Assembly: GCA_001724265.1 (NCBI GenBank)
Contig: MEDY01000125.1
Coordinates: forward strand, 50,079 to 70,078
Source of the DNA: Rhizaria sp. SCN 62-66
Taxonomy: Eukaryota
DNA length: 20,000 bases
Reading direction: 5' to 3'
A model generated the notes under the pieces. That model saw only the letters and a list, made by a program, of their open reading frames with translations, was not told where the DNA came from and did not search any database. Made by a program: the position numbers and the translations under genes. Of this stretch, positions 15,778-20,000 are shown piece after piece. Every line of letters starts with the position of its first letter. The first letter of the stretch is position 1.

Positions 15778-18700
15778 ATGCAGGCCGCCCGTACGCCGCA
15801 CTCCGCGGCCCGGTCTTCCGGTGACCGCCGCAACAGCTCATCATCTTCTGGTGCGTGGTCTTCCTCCCGCCCCGGGCGCGGCGCCCCCGCGAAGCCCGCG
15901 CCCAAGCCCGCGCCCAAACCCGTGTCTGACTCGGCGCAAGCGCGCATGTCGGACATCGCGGCCGCCGTCGCCGCCATGACTGCGGCGTACTCGCCCGCGA
16001 CGGACGCGACTGCGCTGCACGCCGTCGTCGACGCGCTGGACGCGTCCGTGAACCACGGCTCCGCGGACGCGGTCGAGGTGGCGAAGCGCCACCACGTGAA
16101 GAAGCTGCGCAAGCTGCTCCGCACAGCCGCTCCCGCGACGTACGCGGCGCCGCGCTCGCTCGAGGCGGCGCTGCAGCTGTCCGCGCTGCCCGAGGCGTTC
16201 CGCGCGGCGCTGCAGCGCGAGGAGGCGGCGAAGCGCGCGGCAGCGTTGGTGGTGCCGCAGGGCAAGCAGTTCGCGCAGACGGTCGACGCGCGTAACGAGG
16301 CCATGGAGGCCAGTGACAAGATCCGGGCGCAGCGCGCCGCGGCCGCCGAGGCAGAGGCAGAGGCCGCCGCCAAGGACGCCGCCGAGGGCAAGAAGGCAGC
16401 GCTGACGGGCAAGCAGCTGCTCGACAAGGCGATCGAGAAGCTTAAGGCCGAGAATTCTGCCGCCGCCGACGCCATAGCGGACGCTGAGGAGGTGGAGAAG
16501 GATAAGAAGGACAAAAAGGATAAGAAGGACAAGAAGGCCGCCGCCGAAGCCGCCGCCGCTGCTGTCGCCGCTGCGAAACGCGCTGCGCGTGACAGCGGTG
16601 AGAGCAGTAGCAGCAGCGGCAGCGGCAGCAGCAGCGGCAGCGAGAGCGAGGGCGCACGCGACCGCCGACTGCAGCGCGCCGCCGCCGCCAAGGCCGCGCG
16701 CGCCGCCCGCGCCGGCACCACGGCTCCCGCTGATTCCGTCACGGCTGAGAGCAAGACCGAGAGCAAGACGCGCATGGCCGACAGCGGCAGCAGCAGCAGC
16801 AGCTCGAGCTCCGAGTCCGAGTCCGAGTCCTCTGACAGCGACGCCGACGCCGCCAAGAGTCGGCAGCGCGCCGACGCCGTCGTGGTATCGACCACGTCAA
16901 AGCAGTCGACGACGACCGCGGCGGCGGCGGCGGCGGGCACGGACGCGCAGTCGATGCGCGCGGCGGCGGCGGCGCTGGCGCGCGAGGCCTCGCTGCCCGC
17001 CTGGATGCTCAGCGGGCGCGTGATCCGCGGCTCCGAGGCCTACGTCATCCCCGCCGCCGCAGACAGGCTCGCCGCGCGGCCCGCCTTCGTCAGCGCCTTC
17101 CTCGGCAACAGCAGCAGTGGCAAGGGCGGCAAGTCCACCGCCGCGGGCGACAACAGTGACGCCGACGACGACGACGACGACGACGGTGACGAAGACGATG
17201 GCAGCGCGGGCGGGAAGAAGGGCAAGAAGGGCGCGGCTCTGCCACTGCCGCCGTTCGCGCTGCACCCCGCGCTGTGCGACGCGCTGCGCGCGCAGGGCTT
17301 CAAGTCCTTCCTACCCGTGCAGGCCGCCGTGCTGCCTTCGCTGCTGCCGCCCGCGCCCCCCGCCGCCGCTGCTGCAACCGCCGCCGCCGCCGCGCACGGC
17401 CCCGCGCCCCCGCCCAAAGTCTCCTCCGCGTCCGCGTCGTCCTCGTCGTCCTCGTCATCGGCGTCGTCGTCCTCAGCGTCGCTGCTGTCGACGCTGGCGG
17501 CCCCGCTTGCGCCCTTCATCGGCACCTCGCGCGACGTGTGCGTGTGCGCGCCCACTGGCTCCGGCAAGACGCTCACCTTCCTGCTGCCCGTCCTCAACGC
17601 GCTTGCCGCGCGCCCCACAGCCCGCCTGCGCGCGCTCATTGTGCTGCCGACGCGCGACCTGGCGCGGCAGATCCACACCGTAGCTGTCCCGCTGTGCGCC
17701 GCCGTGGGGCTGCGCGCCGCGCTCTCGGTCGGCCACCGCAGCGCCGCGCACGACGTCGCAGACATGTGCTCCGCCGCGGCCAGGATGCAGGCGCGCGCCG
17801 CCGCCGCGGGCGTCGCCTCCTGGGCCGCCGCGGTCACCAGCGCCAGCGCCAGTGCCAGTGCTGGGACCACCGCGATGACTGACAGCGACTGCGCCTACGC
17901 CAACGCCGAGAGCAGCGCGCCCGTCGACATGGCCTACGCCATGCACAACGGCGCTGAGGAGCTGGCGGTGGACTGCGACATCCTGATCGCGACGCCGGGG
18001 CGGCTGGTGGAGCACCTGCAGGCGACGCCGGGCTTCGACCGCGCACTACGCACTCTCGAGTTCCTCGTCATCGACGAGGCCGACCGGCTCATGACCGACT
18101 CGTTCAACGACTGGGCGCACGCGCTGCTCGCCGCCGTCAATGGACACTCCTCGTCCTCGCAGAGTCACGCCAGCGCGAGCTCTGGCTCTGGGTCTGCCGC
18201 TGTTATGGAGGGCCCGGTGAGCGAGCGCGTGCTGTCGCGCCACGACGGGCAGGCGGGCGCGCGCGGGACGCCGCTGCAGAAGCTGCTCTTCTCAGCCACT
18301 TTCACGCGCAACCCGCGGCACCTGGCCGTGCTAGGGCTCGTGTCGCCGCTCTACTTCTCCTTCTCCGCGCGCGCCGCCGCCGCCGTCGTCGAGGGCCGCC
18401 TCACGACGCTGTGCACAGACGGTGCCGAGGACGATGACGAGGAGGAGCTCGACGAGAGCCTCATTCTCCGCACAGAGGCCGGGTTCGCCGCCAACGACCT
18501 CAAGTTCCGCCTCCCCGACGGGCTGTCGGAGCGCTTCCTGGTGTGTTCGACCGGCGAGAAGCCGCTCATGCTCTACCTGGTCATGATGTACCTCATGCGC
18601 AAGGAGCGCGCGGCCTCCGTGCCCGCCGCCGCCACGCCCGACGGCGCCGTCGCCGTCGCCGACTACGACATCGAAGCAGGTAGTAGCAGCAGCAGCAGTG

Positions 18701-20000
18701 GCAAGCGTGTGCCGCGGTTCCTGATCTTCACGTCTGCGCTCGACACGACGCACCGCCTGTGCCGCCTGTTGGAGCTGTTGTCGCTGTTCCGCGTGCCGTG
18801 CGCCGAGATCTCGTCTTCGCACTCGCAGACTGTGCGCACGCGCACGCTCGCGGCCTTCCGCGCGGGCCGCATCCAGGCGCTCGTGTGCTCCGACGCCGCC
18901 GCGCGCGGGCTCGACCTGCCCGACGTCGACTACGTCATCAACTACTCCGTGCCGGCGACCGCGCGCACGTACGTGCACCGCGTCGGCCGCACCGCGCGCG
19001 CGGGCCGATCGGGCACGGCCGTGACGCTATGCACGCAGCCGCAGGTGATCTTCCTCAAGAAGTTTGTCCGCCTGGCCGTGCACAACTCCAACCCGCTGCA
19101 GCTGACGCTCAAGCGCCCGCGCGCGGCGCTGGCGACGGAGCCCGCGGCCGTGGTGGACCACCTGCTGCACGTCGCCGCGTGCGCCGAAACGGCCGTCGAG
19201 CGTTCGGGCGTCGTGCGCACGGCCTTCGCCAACGCGCGCCACCAGGCCCACAAGCGCGAGCAGTGGGAGGCCGCCAAGGCCACCGGCGCCGCCAGCGCCG
19301 ACGTCGCGCTCACCCAAGAGGGCAAGGCCTCCGCCGCCGCCGCCAAGGCCACGGACGCCGCGACCGAGGCCGTGGCGCAGGAGTGGCACGGCGCCGTGTC
19401 GGCCGCCGCCGCCGCCGTGCCGCGCGCACCGGCGTTGTGGAGCGCGCTGGCTTTCCCGCTGCTGACCGTGCTGGCGGCGGCCGAGCAGGCTGTGCCGTAC
19501 GCGGCCCGCTACGCTCGCGCGCTGCGCGTGCTGGAGCGCGTGCTCGCCGCCGAGGCCGCGCACGCGCTGCTGCCGCACCAGCCGCTCTTCCCCGTGCTGC
19601 TAGCGCACCTCGCCGCCGCGGCCGCCGCGGGCGCGGGGCCTGCGGCCGGCAACGTCGACGCCGTCGCGCTGCTCGCGGGCAGCAGCAACGCTGCCGCGCC
19701 GCCGACGACCGCGCCCGGGATCGTCGCCGCGGCGGCACGCGCGCTGGGCGCCGAAGTAGCCGTGATCACCGAGCGGCCCGACCGCGCCGCCGCCGTGGCC
19801 GCCGTCGAGTCGCTGACGCAGCGCGCCATCGTCGCGGCGACGCCCGCCGCCGCCGCTGCCGCCGCCGCTGCCGCCGCCAACAGCAGCGCGGCCGCCGCCG
19901 TGCGCGCGCTGCCCGCGGGCGCGGCCGAGGCGCTGACGGCGGCGGGCGTCGTGCTGGCCAAGGACTCGCTCGCCGGCGTGGCGCGCGCGGCCGACGGCAC
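15778..20000 (+). CDS. DDX51: DEAD-box RNA helicase DDX51/Dbp6 (60S ribosome biogenesis), 3'-truncated by the window, >1407 aa
   Basis: Open frame from ATG 15778 to the window end. Motifs: LPAWM; Q motif GFKSFLPVQAAVLP; RDVCVCAPTGSGKTLTF; PTRDLARQ; DILIATPGRLVEHL; LEFLVIDEADRL (DEAD at 18073-18084); LQKLLFSAT; ARGLD; YVHRVGRTARAG. RDVCVCAPTGSGKT, LQKLLFSAT and KFRLPDGLSE..KPL resemble the DDX51/Dbp6 subfamily. Confidence 0.9.
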   Translation, partial: MQAARTPHSAARSSGDRRNSSSSSGAWSSSRPGRGAPAKPAPKPAPKPVSDSAQARMSDIAAAVAAMTAAYSPATDATALHAVVDALDASVNHGSADAVEVAKRHHVKKLRKLLRTAAPATYAAPRSLEAALQLSALPEAFRAALQREEAAKRAAALVVPQGKQFAQTVDARNEAMEASDKIRAQRAAAAEAEAEAAAKDAAEGKKAALTGKQLLDKAIEKLKAENSAAADAIADAEEVEKDKKDKKDKKDKKAAAEAAAAAVAAAKRAARDSGESSSSSGSGSSSGSESEGARDRRLQRAAAAKAARAARAGTTAPADSVTAESKTESKTRMADSGSSSSSSSSESESESSDSDADAAKSRQRADAVVVSTTSKQSTTTAAAAAAGTDAQSMRAAAAALAREASLPAWMLSGRVIRGSEAYVIPAAADRLAARPAFVSAFLGNSSSGKGGKSTAAGDNSDADDDDDDDGDEDDGSAGGKKGKKGAALPLPPFALHPALCDALRAQGFKSFLPVQAAVLPSLLPPAPPAAAAATAAAAAHGPAPPPKVSSASASSSSSSSSASSSSASLLSTLAAPLAPFIGTSRDVCVCAPTGSGKTLTFLLPVLNALAARPTARLRALIVLPTRDLARQIHTVAVPLCAAVGLRAALSVGHRSAAHDVADMCSAAARMQARAAAAGVASWAAAVTSASASASAGTTAMTDSDCAYANAESSAPVDMAYAMHNGAEELAVDCDILIATPGRLVEHLQATPGFDRALRTLEFLVIDEADRLMTDSFNDWAHALLAAVNGHSSSSQSHASASSGSGSAAVMEGPVSERVLSRHDGQAGARGTPLQKLLFSATFTRNPRHLAVLGLVSPLYFSFSARAAAAVVEGRLTTLCTDGAEDDDEEELDESLILRTEAGFAANDLKFRLPDGLSERFLVCSTGEKPLMLYLVMMYLMRKERAASVPAAATPDGAVAVADYDIEAGSSSSSSGKRVPRFLIFTSALDTTHRLCRLLELLSLFRVPCAEISSSHSQTVRTRTLAAFRAGRIQALVCSDAAARGLDLPDVDYVINYSVPATARTYVHRVGRTARAGRSGTAVTLCTQPQVIFLKKFVRLAVHNSNPLQLTLKRPRAALATEPAAVVDHLLHVAACAETAVERSGVVRTAFANARHQAHKREQWEAAKATGAASADVALTQEGKASAAAAKATDAATEAVAQEWHGAVSAAAAAVPRAPALWSALAFPLLTVLAAAEQAVPYAARYARALRVLERVLAAEAAHALLPHQPLFPVLLAHLAAAAAAGAGPAAGNVDAVALLAGSSNAAAPPTTAPGIVAAAARALGAEVAVITERPDRAAAVAAVESLTQRAIVAATPAAAAAAAAAAANSSAAAAVRALPAGAAEALTAAGVVLAKDSLAGVARAADG
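16498..16536 (+). repeat. Coding 9-nt repeat giving a KKD tract (KDKKDKKDKKDKK)
   Basis: aag gat aag aag gac aaa aag gat aag aag gac aag aag read in the DDX51 frame. Confidence 0.85.

Noticed and set aside
17347-17970. Inteins as an explanation for the helicase and lectin insertions
   Set aside because: The insertions are low-complexity and lack intein block motifs and a terminal His-Asn followed by C/S/T.
2881-20000. Many long overlapping or antisense ORFs (e.g. 4125..5774, 7472..8845, 11639..13102, 13138..14823, 15744..16940)
   Set aside because: These are shadow ORFs caused by very high GC and strong codon bias. Their translations are Arg/Ala/Pro-rich without motifs, and the motif-bearing frames account for the sequence.
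1-20000. Alternative genetic code, prokaryotic operon or defence system, CRISPR array, transposon
   Set aside because: All gene models close under the standard code (TAA/TGA stops) once introns are removed and the recognisable genes are eukaryotic. No repeat-spacer array, terminal repeats, or transposase/RT motifs were seen.

Overview
This is eukaryotic, probably protist, nuclear DNA. Coding sequence is very GC-rich, intergenic spacers are short and AT-richer, and there are small spliceosomal introns (donors GTACGT/GTATGC, acceptors YAG). The standard genetic code is sufficient. Six protein-coding genes are supported: (1) a 3'-truncated unknown gene (-, 343 to <1) with an HNH/HNN-like residue pattern; (2) a 127-aa three-coding-exon helical orphan (-, 1446-855) that probably uses a GC-AG intron; (3) MCTS1/TMA20 (-, 2636-1901) with a 17-nt first coding exon; (4) an intronless ~2192-aa PPR-repeat protein with a mitochondrial-type presequence (+, 2960-9538); (5) a ~1628-aa surface protein with L-type lectin, EGF/PSI-like and 7-TM regions (-, 15027-9991, one intron); (6) a greatly expanded DDX51/DBP6 DEAD-box helicase (+, 15778 to >20000). 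Genes 1 and 6 are missing from the ORF track because they run off the window. No rRNA, tRNA, CRISPR array or transposon is evident. The most interesting signals are the lectin-PSI-7TM receptor-like architecture, a splice-acceptor-like site just before the ATG in five of six genes (5'UTR introns versus spliced-leader trans-splicing), and very large low-complexity insertions inside otherwise conserved domains. All family calls come from motifs recognised by eye; no searches were run.
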